Of a DNA stretch of 50,723 nucleotides, positions 20,507 through 30,579 are shown piece after piece. A model generated the notes under the pieces. That model saw only the letters and a program-made list of their open reading frames with translations. It was not told the DNA's origin and ran no database searches. A program made the translations under genes and the position numbers. The first letter of the stretch is position 1. Every line of letters starts with the position of its first letter. Origin of the DNA: Candidatus Aegiribacteria sp. (lineage in GTDB: Bacteria; Fermentibacterota; Fermentibacteria; Fermentibacterales; JCC-6); the NCBI GenBank assembly GCA_046498225.1, contig JAWOBF010000091.1, positions 1 to 50,723 on the forward strand, read 5' to 3'.

Positions 20507-22168
20507 TCAGAGCTGGGACCAGAGGTCGGGATCAGCCGGCAGACGCTGGAGTATGTCCTCGTTGATATCCATGCCGTACTTCTGCTCCAGGGCACCCATC
20601 ACTTCCACCGTGGCCTGTTCCTCCAGCCTGTTCCTGGTCATGACCCTGATCTGGTCCTCCACCTCCTCGAAGGCGGCGTTCCTCTCAGGAATGACCTGTA
20701 CGAGCCTGAACATGCAGACCTCGTCCGATCCCTGAAGTTCCAGGGGTCCCAGCCAGGTGACGGTGTCCGAGGGGTCCATCAGGAATACCTCATCACCGTG
20801 GTAACCGGGAACTTCGCTCACAGTCAGGGGCCTTGTTATCTGGGGCGCCTCCTCCGGGTCGGCGGCCAGGGTCACGAAACCCTGGCGACGGCTCAGGAAA
20901 GCTTCCGCTTCATCCGCCGCCAGCTGCCGGAAGACCGCCGCGGAATCCCGGTGCATGCGCACGGCCTGCAGGACCCGCTTCTCGGGGACGGTCATGGGCT
21001 CGTCCATGTTCTCGAAAAGGTTCCTCATGTCCTCTTCGCTGACGGATACCAGCGACTGAATGCTGTCCTCGTAGAACTGATCGGAGGCTATGTCCATGAG
21101 GTAGACCTCCTTCTCCTCCGTCAGGGAATCCAGCACCTCGGGGCGCTCCTCCTGCAGGACGGCCAGGCTGTACTCGTTGTAATGCACAAGATCCAGAATG
21201 GCGGAAAGCCACTGAGGGTCCGACGGGTCCGACGAGCTGTACCTGGAGCGGTAGTAAACGAGTTCGTTCATTATGTCCTCCACGGTCCACGTGCCCAGGT
21301 CGGATTCCAGTATGACCCTCTCCGGTTCGGGGAACTCCGAACCTTCACCGTAACAGGTTGAGAGTTCCGCAAGGGTGGTGGAATCGACGCTGAATCCGAA
21401 ATCGGACAGGAGTGATTCCCGAAGCTCACGGTACTCAGTGTCAGCTTTCCTTCTGGCTATGCCGGTCTGGATATTGGACCTGAGCGCGGCGGTATCGGCC
21501 ATCATCTCTGCCATCAGGGCCGAATCGGCCGTCTGCATGGAGTCCAGCCTGAGGACCATCCCCGTCTCCGTTATTCCGGTGGAACCGAGGGGTATGGAAT
21601 CCAGCGCATACATCATCTCCTCGGGCAGCGACAGCATATGGACCGGTCCGTAGCTGGCCTCCTCCTCTTCGCCGGGGTCCACGGTGAAGAAGGCGGATTC
21701 ACCCAGAAAGGCCATCATACTGTCCACCTGCTCGGGGGTGACCGCTTCCTGCCGGGATTCCTGAATCAGCCTTCTCAACTGCTCTCCCGTTCGCTCGAGG
21801 AACCAGGATTCGCTCATTCCAGCCAGGACGCTGTCACTCAGGTATCCCGTCTCCTCCAGCTCCCTCTGGAGCAGCATCTTTCTACCCAGCGCGACGATAT
21901 ACTCGCCCACGGTGTTCTCCCTTGAGAGGAACACGCTTCGCTGCCTCTCGTCCATTACGTTCCACGCTTCCCCGGCCTGGCCCACGGTGAGAGTATCGTC
22001 CCCCACCGCCAGCAGCCAGGTGGAACTCTCCACCGCCGGGGAACCGCATCCTGATATGAGAACACAGATCATTACCGAAGCGGCCGCAGCCGCCTGCCAT
22101 TTGAAAATTTTCAATTTATCAGCCCTCCTCGAAATTTCATCCTGAACTTCGTTGAATGTTTCTGTCAC
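20507..22168 (-). CDS. SurA/PrsA-like lipoprotein (degenerate peptidyl-prolyl isomerase/chaperone)
   Basis: Lipobox [15 protein letters not shown]...PEKRVLQ and [15 protein letters not shown]...[14 protein letters not shown] resemble rotamase-chaperone flanks. Confidence 0.6.
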   Translation of the reverse strand: MTETFNEVQDEISRRADKLKIFKWQAAAAASVMICVLISGCGSPAVESSTWLLAVGDDTLTVGQAGEAWNVMDERQRSVFLSRENTVGEYIVALGRKMLLQRELEETGYLSDSVLAGMSESWFLERTGEQLRRLIQESRQEAVTPEQVDSMMAFLGESAFFTVDPGEEEEASYGPVHMLSLPEEMMYALDSIPLGSTGITETGMVLRLDSMQTADSALMAEMMADTAALRSNIQTGIARRKADTEYRELRESLLSDFGFSVDSTTLAELSTCYGEGSEFPEPERVILESDLGTWTVEDIMNELVYYRSRYSSSDPSDPQWLSAILDLVHYNEYSLAVLQEERPEVLDSLTEEKEVYLMDIASDQFYEDSIQSLVSVSEEDMRNLFENMDEPMTVPEKRVLQAVRMHRDSAAVFRQLAADEAEAFLSRRQGFVTLAADPEEAPQITRPLTVSEVPGYHGDEVFLMDPSDTVTWLGPLELQGSDEVCMFRLVQVIPERNAAFEEVEDQIRVMTRNRLEEQATVEVMGALEQKYGMDINEDILQRLPADPDLWSQL

Positions 22169-23829
22169 AGTACCGTCCGGGGGGTGTACTCCCCGAACTC
22201 ATTCCTGAGAACACCGCATATCTCTCCCAGAGTGGCGTAGGACCGGACGGCTTCGAGTATGAATGGCATCAGGTTCTCCCCGTCTCCGGCGGCCCTGCCC
22301 AGGGCGGCAAGCCGGTCATTCACCGCGCCTCCGTCCCTGTCCTCCCGAACCTCCCTGAGCCTGGCGAACTGGGACCTCTCCACCGAGGGGTCCACCCTGA
22401 GAAGGTCACGGGGAGGTTCCTCCTCCATGGTGTAGCTGTTGAGGCCAACGACTATGCGCTCTTTCTCCTCTATTTCACGCTGACAGCTGTAGGCTGCTTC
22501 CTGTATCTGCCTCTGGGGGTAGCCCTCCTCGATGGCCTGTACCATGCCGCCAAGGGAATCGATACTCTCAATGTGCTCCCTGGCCTGTTCCTCTATTCTG
22601 TCTGTGAGTTCCTCGACGAAGTAGCTTCCCGCAAGCGGGTCCACCGTGTTGGTGACCCCGGACTCGTTCGCCACTATCTGCTGCGTTCTGAGTGCTATCC
22701 TCACCGCGTGCTCGGAGGGCAGGGCAAGGGCTTCGTCCCGGCTGTTGGTATGAAGGCTCTGAGTCCCTCCCAGCACCGCGGCGAGGGTTTGAATGGCGAC
22801 CCTGACAATGTTGTTGTCCGGCTGCTGCGCGGTGAGGGTGGAACCTCCTGTCTGCGTATGGAAACGCATCATCATGCTCTTCGGGTTCTCAGCGCCGAAC
22901 CTGTTCCTCATGACACCCGCCCAGAGTCTTCTCGCGGCCCTGAACTTGGCCACCTCCTCAAGAAGGTCGTTGTGAGCGTTGAAGAAGAAACTCAGCCTGG
23001 GGGCGAAATCATCCACCGGAAGGCCCGCCTTCACGGCGGCTTCTACGTAAGCGATTCCGTCCGCTACGGTGAAAGCCACTTCCTGGGAGGCTGTGCTTCC
23101 CGCTTCCCTTATATGGTATCCGGATATGCTGATGGTGTTCCATCTGGGGACCGTCCGGCTGCAGAAGCTGAAGATATCCGTTATAAGTCTCATGGAGTGG
23201 TCCGGAGGGAATATGTAGGTACCTCTCGCCATGTATTCCTTCAGTATGTCGTTCTGTATTGTTCCCCTCAGCTTCTCCGGAGGTACCGACTGCTTCTCCG
23301 CCACCACAATGTACATGGCGAGGAGGACCGCCGCGGGAGCGTTGATGGTCATGGAAGTGGAAACGCTGTCCAGGGGAATTCCGTCGAAAAGCAGTTCCAT
23401 GTCGGCAAGGCTGTCTATGGCCACTCCCACCTTGCCCACCTCGCCGGCGCAGAGTGGATGGTCCGAATCGTAACCTATCTGAGTCGGCAGGTCGAAGGCC
23501 ACCGAGAGACCCGTCTGCCCCTGGCCGAGGAGATAACGGTACCTTTCGTTGGACTCCCGGGCGCTGCCGAAACCGGCGTACTGGCGCATGGTCCAGAAAC
23601 GGCCCCTGTACATTGTTGGCTGCACTCCCCTGGTGTAGGGGTATCCGCCGGGGAAACCCAGCTTCTCCAGATAGTCATCACCGGGTTCCTCGGGGAAGTA
23701 TACCCTATCCACCGGGTCCCCCGAGCCGGTGGTGAAGGTTTTCTTCCTCTCGGGAAATTTCTTCAGGACCGGGTCAAGAATGTTCTCCCGCCATCTCTTC
23801 TTCTCCCGCTGGAACCTGTTCCTGCTCAT
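22165..23829 (-). CDS. Methylmalonyl-CoA mutase, substrate-binding (large) subunit
   Basis: [55 protein letters not shown]; no B12-binding DxHxxG domain. Confidence 0.95.
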   Translation of the reverse strand: MSRNRFQREKKRWRENILDPVLKKFPERKKTFTTGSGDPVDRVYFPEEPGDDYLEKLGFPGGYPYTRGVQPTMYRGRFWTMRQYAGFGSARESNERYRYLLGQGQTGLSVAFDLPTQIGYDSDHPLCAGEVGKVGVAIDSLADMELLFDGIPLDSVSTSMTINAPAAVLLAMYIVVAEKQSVPPEKLRGTIQNDILKEYMARGTYIFPPDHSMRLITDIFSFCSRTVPRWNTISISGYHIREAGSTASQEVAFTVADGIAYVEAAVKAGLPVDDFAPRLSFFFNAHNDLLEEVAKFRAARRLWAGVMRNRFGAENPKSMMMRFHTQTGGSTLTAQQPDNNIVRVAIQTLAAVLGGTQSLHTNSRDEALALPSEHAVRIALRTQQIVANESGVTNTVDPLAGSYFVEELTDRIEEQAREHIESIDSLGGMVQAIEEGYPQRQIQEAAYSCQREIEEKERIVVGLNSYTMEEEPPRDLLRVDPSVERSQFARLREVREDRDGGAVNDRLAALGRAAGDGENLMPFILEAVRSYATLGEICGVLRNEFGEYTPRTVL

Positions 23830-24923
23830 CGTTGGGCCTGTCCTTCCGGCCGGTAGTCCCGGGCCTTCTCCTGCCCCCTCAGGACTCTCAGCGCTCCCAG
23901 GGCCAGGGCTTCCATCTCGCTCTCCCCGGGATAGACAAGGACATCGGCTATGAACTTCACCCTGCGGGTTATCCAGCCGACGAAATTCCTGTCGTAGGCC
24001 ACGCCTCCGGTTAAGACGACAGCGTCCACGTCCCCCTCCAGGACCGCCGAAAGCCCGCCTATCTCCTTGGCCACCTGGTAGGCCATGGCCCTGTACACCA
24101 CCTCGAACTCCCGGTTGCCCTTCTCTATCTCCTTCTCCACGGTAAGCATGTCATTTGTCCCCAGGTACGCCACTATCCCTCCGGCGCCCTTTATCATCCT
24201 CTTCACCTGGGAATGGCTCTTCTCGCCGCTGAAACAGAGGTCCACCAGATCACCAACCGGCAGTCCGCCGGACCTCTCCGGAGTGAAGGGCCCCTCGCCG
24301 TTAAGAGCGTTGTTGACGTCGATTATCCTGCCCTTTCTGTGGGCTCCCACGGATATGCCGCCTCCCAGGTGGACCACTATGAGGTTGAGGCTGTGATAGT
24401 CCCGCCCCAGGTCCGCAGCGGCCTTCCTGGCCACAGCTTTCTGGTTGAGGGCGTGGAGTATGGATTTCCTGGGCAGCTCCGGGTGTCCGGAGTACCTGGC
24501 TATATCCTCCATCTCGTCCACGACCACAGGGTCCACTATGAAGGATGGGCATTCTGCGGCCCTGGAAAGTTCCCTGGCGATGGGCGCTCCGAGGTTAGAG
24601 ACATGTTCCCCCATTACTCCTCTGCGAAGATCGTCGATGAGCCGGTCGGTCACCGCGTATGTTCCGCCCTCTATAGGGTAAACAAGCCCGCCGCGGCCCA
24701 CTATCCCCTGGAATGAGGCTATATCCATGCCGGCTTTGTCAAGCTCCCCCAGGATCACCGACTTCCTGAATTCGTACTGGTCGAAGATATGTTCGAAATC
24801 CGCCAGTTCCTCCTTGGAATGAGCGATCTTCGTGGACCACACCTCCTCTTCGTTCTCGAACACCGATATTTTCGTTGAGGTTGAACCGGGGTTGATGGCC
24901 AGGATCCTGAAAGTATCTGACAT
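23826..24923 (-). CDS. buk: Butyrate (branched-chain carboxylate) kinase
   Basis: [37 protein letters not shown]. Confidence 0.97.
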   Translation of the reverse strand: MSDTFRILAINPGSTSTKISVFENEEEVWSTKIAHSKEELADFEHIFDQYEFRKSVILGELDKAGMDIASFQGIVGRGGLVYPIEGGTYAVTDRLIDDLRRGVMGEHVSNLGAPIARELSRAAECPSFIVDPVVVDEMEDIARYSGHPELPRKSILHALNQKAVARKAAADLGRDYHSLNLIVVHLGGGISVGAHRKGRIIDVNNALNGEGPFTPERSGGLPVGDLVDLCFSGEKSHSQVKRMIKGAGGIVAYLGTNDMLTVEKEIEKGNREFEVVYRAMAYQVAKEIGGLSAVLEGDVDAVVLTGGVAYDRNFVGWITRRVKFIADVLVYPGESEMEALALGALRVLRGQEKARDYRPEGQAQR

Positions 24924-24994
24924 TCTTCTCCCATCTGAATATGCTTGTACAATTCAGTATTATACTAATTCGCAGCATCGGGAATGCCAATTAT

Positions 24995-25354
24995 ATGAAA
25001 AAAAGCAACTTTGAGGTCATCCAGTCGCTGAAGATCGTACTGAGGCGGGTCCACCGGCTTGCCGAGGGATTCAGGCTGGAAAAGGAGGAGGCCCTGCAGA
25101 GCCCTGGCACCGAGGGCCTGGAGGACCTTCGCCGGCGGAGCAGGGTTCACTACCGGATCCGGCTGGCGGATTGCTCCAGGGAGGTCCTCAGGCTCCAGCG
25201 CAGGATATCGTCCGACCTTCCCGCCCGTGAGGAGGCGGAGGACATGGCGGAGACATGCCGAAGAGAGGTCGCGGAGCTGGACGCACACCTGGTTTCCGCT
25301 CCAAACAGGCTCATTCGGGCCCGTGGCGAAGAGCCGAGGGAGGACCTCCGGTGA
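24995..25354 (+). CDS. Hypothetical helical protein
   Basis: ATG 24995, host-like codon usage, charged amphipathic sequence; fills the gap before aspS. Confidence 0.6.
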   Translation: MKKSNFEVIQSLKIVLRRVHRLAEGFRLEKEEALQSPGTEGLEDLRRRSRVHYRIRLADCSREVLRLQRRISSDLPAREEAEDMAETCRREVAELDAHLVSAPNRLIRARGEEPREDLR

Positions 25355-25408
25355 ATCGAGTATATTGTCATACCATCCCAACCAATACATGAATCTGAAA
25401 GGAAATGA

Positions 25409-26752
25409 ATGAAAGGCATAACTGACAGCGGTATAAAGGACCCGGTCACAGCGGAGGAACTGGAGGGAATGACCGGGAAGGAGGTTACTCTCCACGGAGT
25501 CGTTCAGAGGATCCGCCGGCTGGGATGGGGCGCGTTCATAATATTGCGGCGCCACGACGGTCTTCTTCAGTGCGTGATGGGAAACGAGGGAAACGAGGAA
25601 GTGCTGGACGGCCTGGAGATGGAACAGGCTGTGGAGGTGACCGGTATGGTGAAATCCGCCGGCATCAAGGATACTTCCATACACCCCCGCGGTGTCGAAC
25701 TCCATATCGACTCCGTCAGGACCATCGGTTCGCCCGCCGAGCAGTCACCGGTGGACATGACCAAGAAGCTGCTGGACCTTCATATCGACACCAACCTCGA
25801 CCTCAGACCGCTCAGTCTCAGGCACCCGGTGGAGAGGGCCCGGCTGATGATTGCCGACACGCTGACCCGGGCGTTCAGGGAATCCCTTTCCGGCATGGGT
25901 TTTACCGAGATACATACTCCCAAGATATGCTCCGCCGGAGCGGAGGGCGGAGCCAACATATTCAGGGTGCAGTACTTCGACAGGGAGGCCTTTCTGGCGC
26001 AGTCCCCCCAGTTCTACAAGCAGATGGGAGTAGGGGTCTTCGAGAGGGTCTTCGAGGTCGGCCCGGTGTTCAGGGCCGAGCCTCATCAGACTTCCAGGCA
26101 CATAAACGAGTATACCTCCCTGGACCTGGAGATGGGTTTCATAGAAGGCTTCGAGGACGTCATGGCGGTGGAGATTGCCGTACTGAGACAATGCCTGGAA
26201 GCGCTGAGGCTCGGGAATGCCTACGAGCTGGAGATGCTTGGGGCCAGCCTTCCGGAGCTTCCCGACCCGGTGCCCTCCATCACACTGGAGGAGGCCCACC
26301 GCATAACCACGGAGATATCGGGGAAGGATACCACCGGGGAGCCGGACCTCAGTCCGGAGGAGGAGAAACAGCTGTGGGCCTGGTCAAAGGAGGAATGGGA
26401 CTCGGAGTTCCTGTTCGTCACCCATTTCCCTTCGGAGAAGAGGCCGTTCTATGCCATGGACGATCCAGCCTGTCCGGGCACCACTCTGAGTTTCGACCTG
26501 CTTCTCCGAGGCCTGGAGGTCACAACCGGAGGCCAGAGGATCCACGACCACCGGATGCAGGTTGACAAGCTCAGGGAATTCGGGCTGGACCCGGAGTCGT
26601 TCCAGGGATACCTGCAGGCTCACAGGTACGGTCTTCCACCCCATGGAGGGCTGGCCATCGGCCTGGAGAGACTGACAGCCAGGATACTGGAAGTGGAGAA
26701 TATCAGGCTGACCACGATGTTCCCGAGGGACGTCAGGCGACTGACGCCCTGA
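25409..26752 (+). CDS. aspS: Aspartate--tRNA ligase, archaeal-type (probably non-discriminating Asp/Asn)
   Basis: OB-fold N-terminus, AEGGANIF, LAQSPQFYKQ, FRAE, GGQRIH, PPHGGLAIGLERL, FPRD; 447 aa, lacking the bacterial GAD insertion. Confidence 0.93.
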   Translation: MKGITDSGIKDPVTAEELEGMTGKEVTLHGVVQRIRRLGWGAFIILRRHDGLLQCVMGNEGNEEVLDGLEMEQAVEVTGMVKSAGIKDTSIHPRGVELHIDSVRTIGSPAEQSPVDMTKKLLDLHIDTNLDLRPLSLRHPVERARLMIADTLTRAFRESLSGMGFTEIHTPKICSAGAEGGANIFRVQYFDREAFLAQSPQFYKQMGVGVFERVFEVGPVFRAEPHQTSRHINEYTSLDLEMGFIEGFEDVMAVEIAVLRQCLEALRLGNAYELEMLGASLPELPDPVPSITLEEAHRITTEISGKDTTGEPDLSPEEEKQLWAWSKEEWDSEFLFVTHFPSEKRPFYAMDDPACPGTTLSFDLLLRGLEVTTGGQRIHDHRMQVDKLREFGLDPESFQGYLQAHRYGLPPHGGLAIGLERLTARILEVENIRLTTMFPRDVRRLTP

Positions 26753-26775
26753 GCAGGCCTTTCGCGAACGTACGC

Positions 26776-27606
26776 CTATGGAGTGGGAGCGGGGGGAAGG
26801 ATGCTCTCATAATCATCATCTTCTTCATCCTCCTCCTCCCCATGCTGATCGTGACCCATCTGCATCTTCAGGTCGCGGTCCTTCAGTCCCACGAACTTTC
26901 CGAAGGCGGACATTTCCAGCAGAAGCAGTCTGGCCGCCTTCTCCACCACCTCAACCGCGTCGCAGGCGGAATCTATGTCCCTGCCCAGACCCAGGATGCC
27001 GTGCTTTCTCCATATCACGCAGTCGCTCTCCCGGAAGGCGTCGGCGGTCTCCCTTCCCAGTTCCCAGGTGCCCGGAGCCATGAAATCCAGGAACCGGACC
27101 CCTCTGCCTATCAGAATTGAGATCTCGGGATGGGACCTGTTCACGGCCTCCTCAAGCATTTCAGCGGGGAGGTCGCTGGACGAGAGCGCCAGCATGTGGG
27201 TGGAGTGGGTATGGACCAGGGAGGCTGTCTGCCAGCCCCTTCCCGCGGCTTCGGCCAGGACCAGCACATGGGTGCTGAGTTCGCTGGTGGGTTCCCTGTC
27301 ACCGGCCAGCCTGACGGTCTTGAGTCCGTCCGCGGATATCCTGACAGGCACTATCTCGGTGTTCATCAGCCTGGTCAGCTGTCTGAACCTGCTTCCCGCG
27401 GCGGTCACCATGAATGTGCGCCCCGAGAGTTCGGGCACCGGGACGGGCAGCGGCTCGGTGACCACATCGCCATCCCATAAGGTTTCATCGGACCCCGGGG
27501 GCAGAAGTACAGAGATGTTCCCGGCATTGGCCTCGGCCCAGCCGCTGCCGGCAAGCTGCGAGCCGATAATACCAATCTCTTCCCTGGTGGCCTGAACGAT
27601 GTCCAT
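26776..27606 (-). CDS. Class II aldolase/adducin family protein (RhaD-like)
   Basis: GWAEANAGNIS, PTSELSTH, VHTH, PGTWELG, WRKHG; acidic C-terminal tail. Confidence 0.85.
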   Translation of the reverse strand: MDIVQATREEIGIIGSQLAGSGWAEANAGNISVLLPPGSDETLWDGDVVTEPLPVPVPELSGRTFMVTAAGSRFRQLTRLMNTEIVPVRISADGLKTVRLAGDREPTSELSTHVLVLAEAAGRGWQTASLVHTHSTHMLALSSSDLPAEMLEEAVNRSHPEISILIGRGVRFLDFMAPGTWELGRETADAFRESDCVIWRKHGILGLGRDIDSACDAVEVVEKAARLLLLEMSAFGKFVGLKDRDLKMQMGHDQHGEEEDEEDDDYESILPPAPTP

Positions 27607-27620
27607 TATACCGCTCTCCG

Positions 27621-28946
27621 CTAGCCTCCCAGGACCGTGTCGGCGGCCCTGGAGATCATGTCCAGACCGGTGATCAGCTCCTCTTCGGTGATGTTCAGCG
27701 GAGGTCTGAACCTGATGCTTCTGTCACCGCAGGGAAGGATTATGGCGCCGTTGTTCAGTATCTCCCGGACCATGCTGTCCCGGGCCTCCCCGTCGGGAAG
27801 GTCGAAGGCGCACATGAGTCCCCTTCCCCGCACGTTGGTTATTCCGCCCCGGTGGTTGTCCTGAAGGGACCTGAGGCCTTCCATCAGAGTGACGCTCCTG
27901 TTGCGGACGTTCTCGAGAGTATCCTCTTCCACCATTATCTTCAGCATCCTGCTGCATCTGACCATGTCCACCAGGTTGCCTCCCCAGGTGGAATTTATCC
28001 TGCTCGATTCGTGGAAGACGTTCTTCTCAACGCTGTCGATGCGTTTGTTCGATGCCATGCCGCACACCTGAGTCTTCTTTCCGAAGCAGAAGATGTCCGG
28101 CTCCACACCCAGGGACTGCCAGGCCCACCAGTCGCCGGTGAGGCCGACCCCGGTCTGTATCTCGTCGAATATCAGGAGGAATTCGTGCTTGTCCGCTCTC
28201 TTCCTCAGCTGCTGCAGGAACTCCGGCCTGAAATGATTGTCGCCCCCCTCGCCCTGAATGGGCTCCATCACCAGACATGCTATGTCATGGCCGTGTTCCT
28301 TGACGGCCCGGTCTATCTGCTCCAGAGAGACCCTTTCCGCTTCCTCCACCGCTTCGAGGTTCTCCTCCAGGGGGAAGGTGACCGCCGGGCATCCCACCCG
28401 CGGCCAGTCGAACCTGGGGAAGTACATGTACTTCCTGGGGTCGGCTGTGTTGGTGAGGGACAGGGTGTAGCCGGACCTTCCATGGAAGGCGTTCCTGAAA
28501 TGGATGACCCTGCTGCCGATCTCTCCCCTTCCGGCCTCTATGTTCTGTCTTACCTTCCAGTCGAATGCGGTCTTCATGGCGTTCTCCACGGCAAGAGCAC
28601 CCCCGGAGACGAAGAAGAGGTAGGGATGGCTGTCGGGTATGATCGTATCCGCGAAAGTCCGGACGAACTCCGCCATCTCCTCCGTGTAGAAGTCGGAGTT
28701 GGAAGGTTTGTTGATGGCCACATCGGCCAGGTGTTCCCTGAACTCGTCGGTGCAGAGCGAGGGGTGGTTCATTCCCAGCGGGGCCGAGGCGAAGAAACTG
28801 AAAAGGTCCAGGTAATCCCTGTCCGTCAGGGCGTCGTGAATGAAGGAGCCCTTGCTCTTCCTCAGGTCGAGGACCATGTCGAAACCGTCTGCCAGCATGT
28901 GCCTGGATATGGTCGGCCGGACCTCTGAGGCGGAAATGTGTTTCAT
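27621..28946 (-). CDS. lat: L-lysine 6-aminotransferase (class III PLP aminotransferase)
   Basis: HMLADG, KPSNSD, GALAVENAMK, FHGRSGYTLSLTNT, EPIQGEGGD, DEIQTG, FGKK, STWGG; start at ATG 28946 (MKHIS). Confidence 0.92.
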   Translation of the reverse strand: MKHISASEVRPTISRHMLADGFDMVLDLRKSKGSFIHDALTDRDYLDLFSFFASAPLGMNHPSLCTDEFREHLADVAINKPSNSDFYTEEMAEFVRTFADTIIPDSHPYLFFVSGGALAVENAMKTAFDWKVRQNIEAGRGEIGSRVIHFRNAFHGRSGYTLSLTNTADPRKYMYFPRFDWPRVGCPAVTFPLEENLEAVEEAERVSLEQIDRAVKEHGHDIACLVMEPIQGEGGDNHFRPEFLQQLRKRADKHEFLLIFDEIQTGVGLTGDWWAWQSLGVEPDIFCFGKKTQVCGMASNKRIDSVEKNVFHESSRINSTWGGNLVDMVRCSRMLKIMVEEDTLENVRNRSVTLMEGLRSLQDNHRGGITNVRGRGLMCAFDLPDGEARDSMVREILNNGAIILPCGDRSIRFRPPLNITEEELITGLDMISRAADTVLGG

Positions 28947-29184
28947 ATGAGCCAAGCCTTTCCGTAAACAATCGATCTGGTTGAAGTTACCGGCGTCAGG
29001 CGCGAGTGCCTTCCGCGTGGATAGCATGATACGCAGATTCCTCAATGAGTGTAATCGAATCTCATCCTGATCGCCTCTTTTGTCAACACTGCTTGCAGTG
29101 GGGAACCGGGTAGAGCTATATTCTTTCGTATCTTGAAAAATTGCGCATTTGCAATTCCATTCTCACTCACTGACAGGGGGACGC

Positions 29185-30111
29185 ATGGAACCTATCAGAA
29201 GTCTTACGGAGATGAAGCGCATCGCCAGGGAATTACCATCAAAGAGAGTCGCCGTGGTAAGGGCTGACGAAGTGGAGACCATAACCGCCATCGGTACCGC
29301 CGTCAGTGAAGATATGGTGGACGCTGTCCTCATAGGCCCGGAGAAGGGCATAAGAGAATCGGCCGAGAAGGCGGGGGTGGATCTGAACGGCATAGAGATA
29401 ATCCATGCCGAGGACGATGACACTGCTTCCGTGAAGGGAGTGGAAACGGTCCGGTCCGGCAGGGCCGATGTGATAATGAAGGGGCTGGTTGCCACAAGTT
29501 CCTTCCTTCACGCCATTCTCGACCGCGAGAAGGGGATAAGGGGGCCGGGAGTCCTGAGCCATGTTGCCGCATTCGACGTTCCCTCGTACCCGAAGCTCCT
29601 GCTGCTCTCCGACGCCGCAATGAACATAGCCCCGGATTTCGACATGAAGGTGGCCATGCTCAAGAACGCCATAATCGTCTCGAAGGCCCTGGGCATTCCC
29701 CGCCCCAAGTCCACCTACGTATGCGCCAAGGAGGTCCCCTACGAGAAGATGCCCTGCACCATGGAAGCTGCCCGGATGAAGGAGATGGCCGAGGCCGGGG
29801 AGTTCGGCGACATCATCTTTGACGCCCCGCTGGCCATGGACCTGGCCGTATCCAAAGACGCCTGCAGGATAAAGAAGATAGACAGCCCTGTCTGCGGGGA
29901 CGCCGACCTTCTCATTCTGCCCGACATCGAAGCAGCCAACATCCTCTACAAGACACTGATATTCCTTGCCGGCGGTGAGCTGGGCGCTGTCATCATGGGC
30001 GCACTGAACCCGGTGGTGCTCACTTCCAGGGCCGATTCCGCCGAGTCGAAGCTCTGTTCCATAGTTCTTTCCGGTGTGGTGGCCGGTTACGTTTCCGAAG
30101 GCGGCGGCTGA
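29185..30111 (+). CDS. ptb: Phosphate butyryltransferase / phosphate acyltransferase
   Basis: IMKGLV, LSHVA, SDAAMNIAP, PDIEAANILYK, PVVLTSRADS; ATG 29185 after AGGGGG. Confidence 0.92.
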   Translation: MEPIRSLTEMKRIARELPSKRVAVVRADEVETITAIGTAVSEDMVDAVLIGPEKGIRESAEKAGVDLNGIEIIHAEDDDTASVKGVETVRSGRADVIMKGLVATSSFLHAILDREKGIRGPGVLSHVAAFDVPSYPKLLLLSDAAMNIAPDFDMKVAMLKNAIIVSKALGIPRPKSTYVCAKEVPYEKMPCTMEAARMKEMAEAGEFGDIIFDAPLAMDLAVSKDACRIKKIDSPVCGDADLLILPDIEAANILYKTLIFLAGGELGAVIMGALNPVVLTSRADSAESKLCSIVLSGVVAGYVSEGGG

Positions 30112-30563
30112 TGCCGCTGGCCATCGCCAGCGACCACGCAGGCTTTCCGTTGAAGGAGGAACTCCTTCTCCGGTTTGCCTCAGACAGGGAGATGGAAGTT
30201 CATGATCTTGGCCCGCGGTCCGATGATTCCGTGGATTATCCCGATTACGCCCGCAGGTTATGCTGTCATGTCCTGGAGGGCAGGGCCGGCCGGGGGATAC
30301 TCATCTGCAACTCGGGGGTCGGAATGAGCATAAGCGCCAACCGCTACCCGGGGATACGCGCAGCTCTCTGCCTCTACCCCGGAATGGCCTACTGGGCAAG
30401 ACATCATAACGACGCCAACGTGCTGGTCCTGGCCGGGGGGACAACAGCGCCCTTCCTGGCGTGGGAGATCGTGGAAGTCTTCCTGAGGGAGGACTTCGAC
30501 GGCGGACGCCACGCGAGAAGGACCGGCAAGATGGATACTTTTCCGGATACCGTGGATAGCTGA
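30111..30563 (+). CDS. rpiB: Ribose-5-phosphate isomerase B
   Basis: ASDHAG, SVDYPD, ICNSGVGMSISANR, HNDANVL, FDGGRHARR. Confidence 0.93.
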   Translation: MPLAIASDHAGFPLKEELLLRFASDREMEVHDLGPRSDDSVDYPDYARRLCCHVLEGRAGRGILICNSGVGMSISANRYPGIRAALCLYPGMAYWARHHNDANVLVLAGGTTAPFLAWEIVEVFLREDFDGGRHARRTGKMDTFPDTVDS

Positions 30564-30579
30564 ACTTCCAGGGGGTAGG

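Noticed and set aside
22156..23856. 566-aa antisense ORF over the mutase (similarly 1107-2720, 35107-36264, 40897-42438, 42448-43938, 44046-45161)
   Set aside because: Shadow frames of confidently identified genes in high-GC DNA; no motifs.
28947..29184. Lysine riboswitch upstream of lat, or FMN riboswitch for the rib genes
   Set aside because: No recognisable L-box or RFN consensus; ribD overlaps the preceding stop, leaving no leader.
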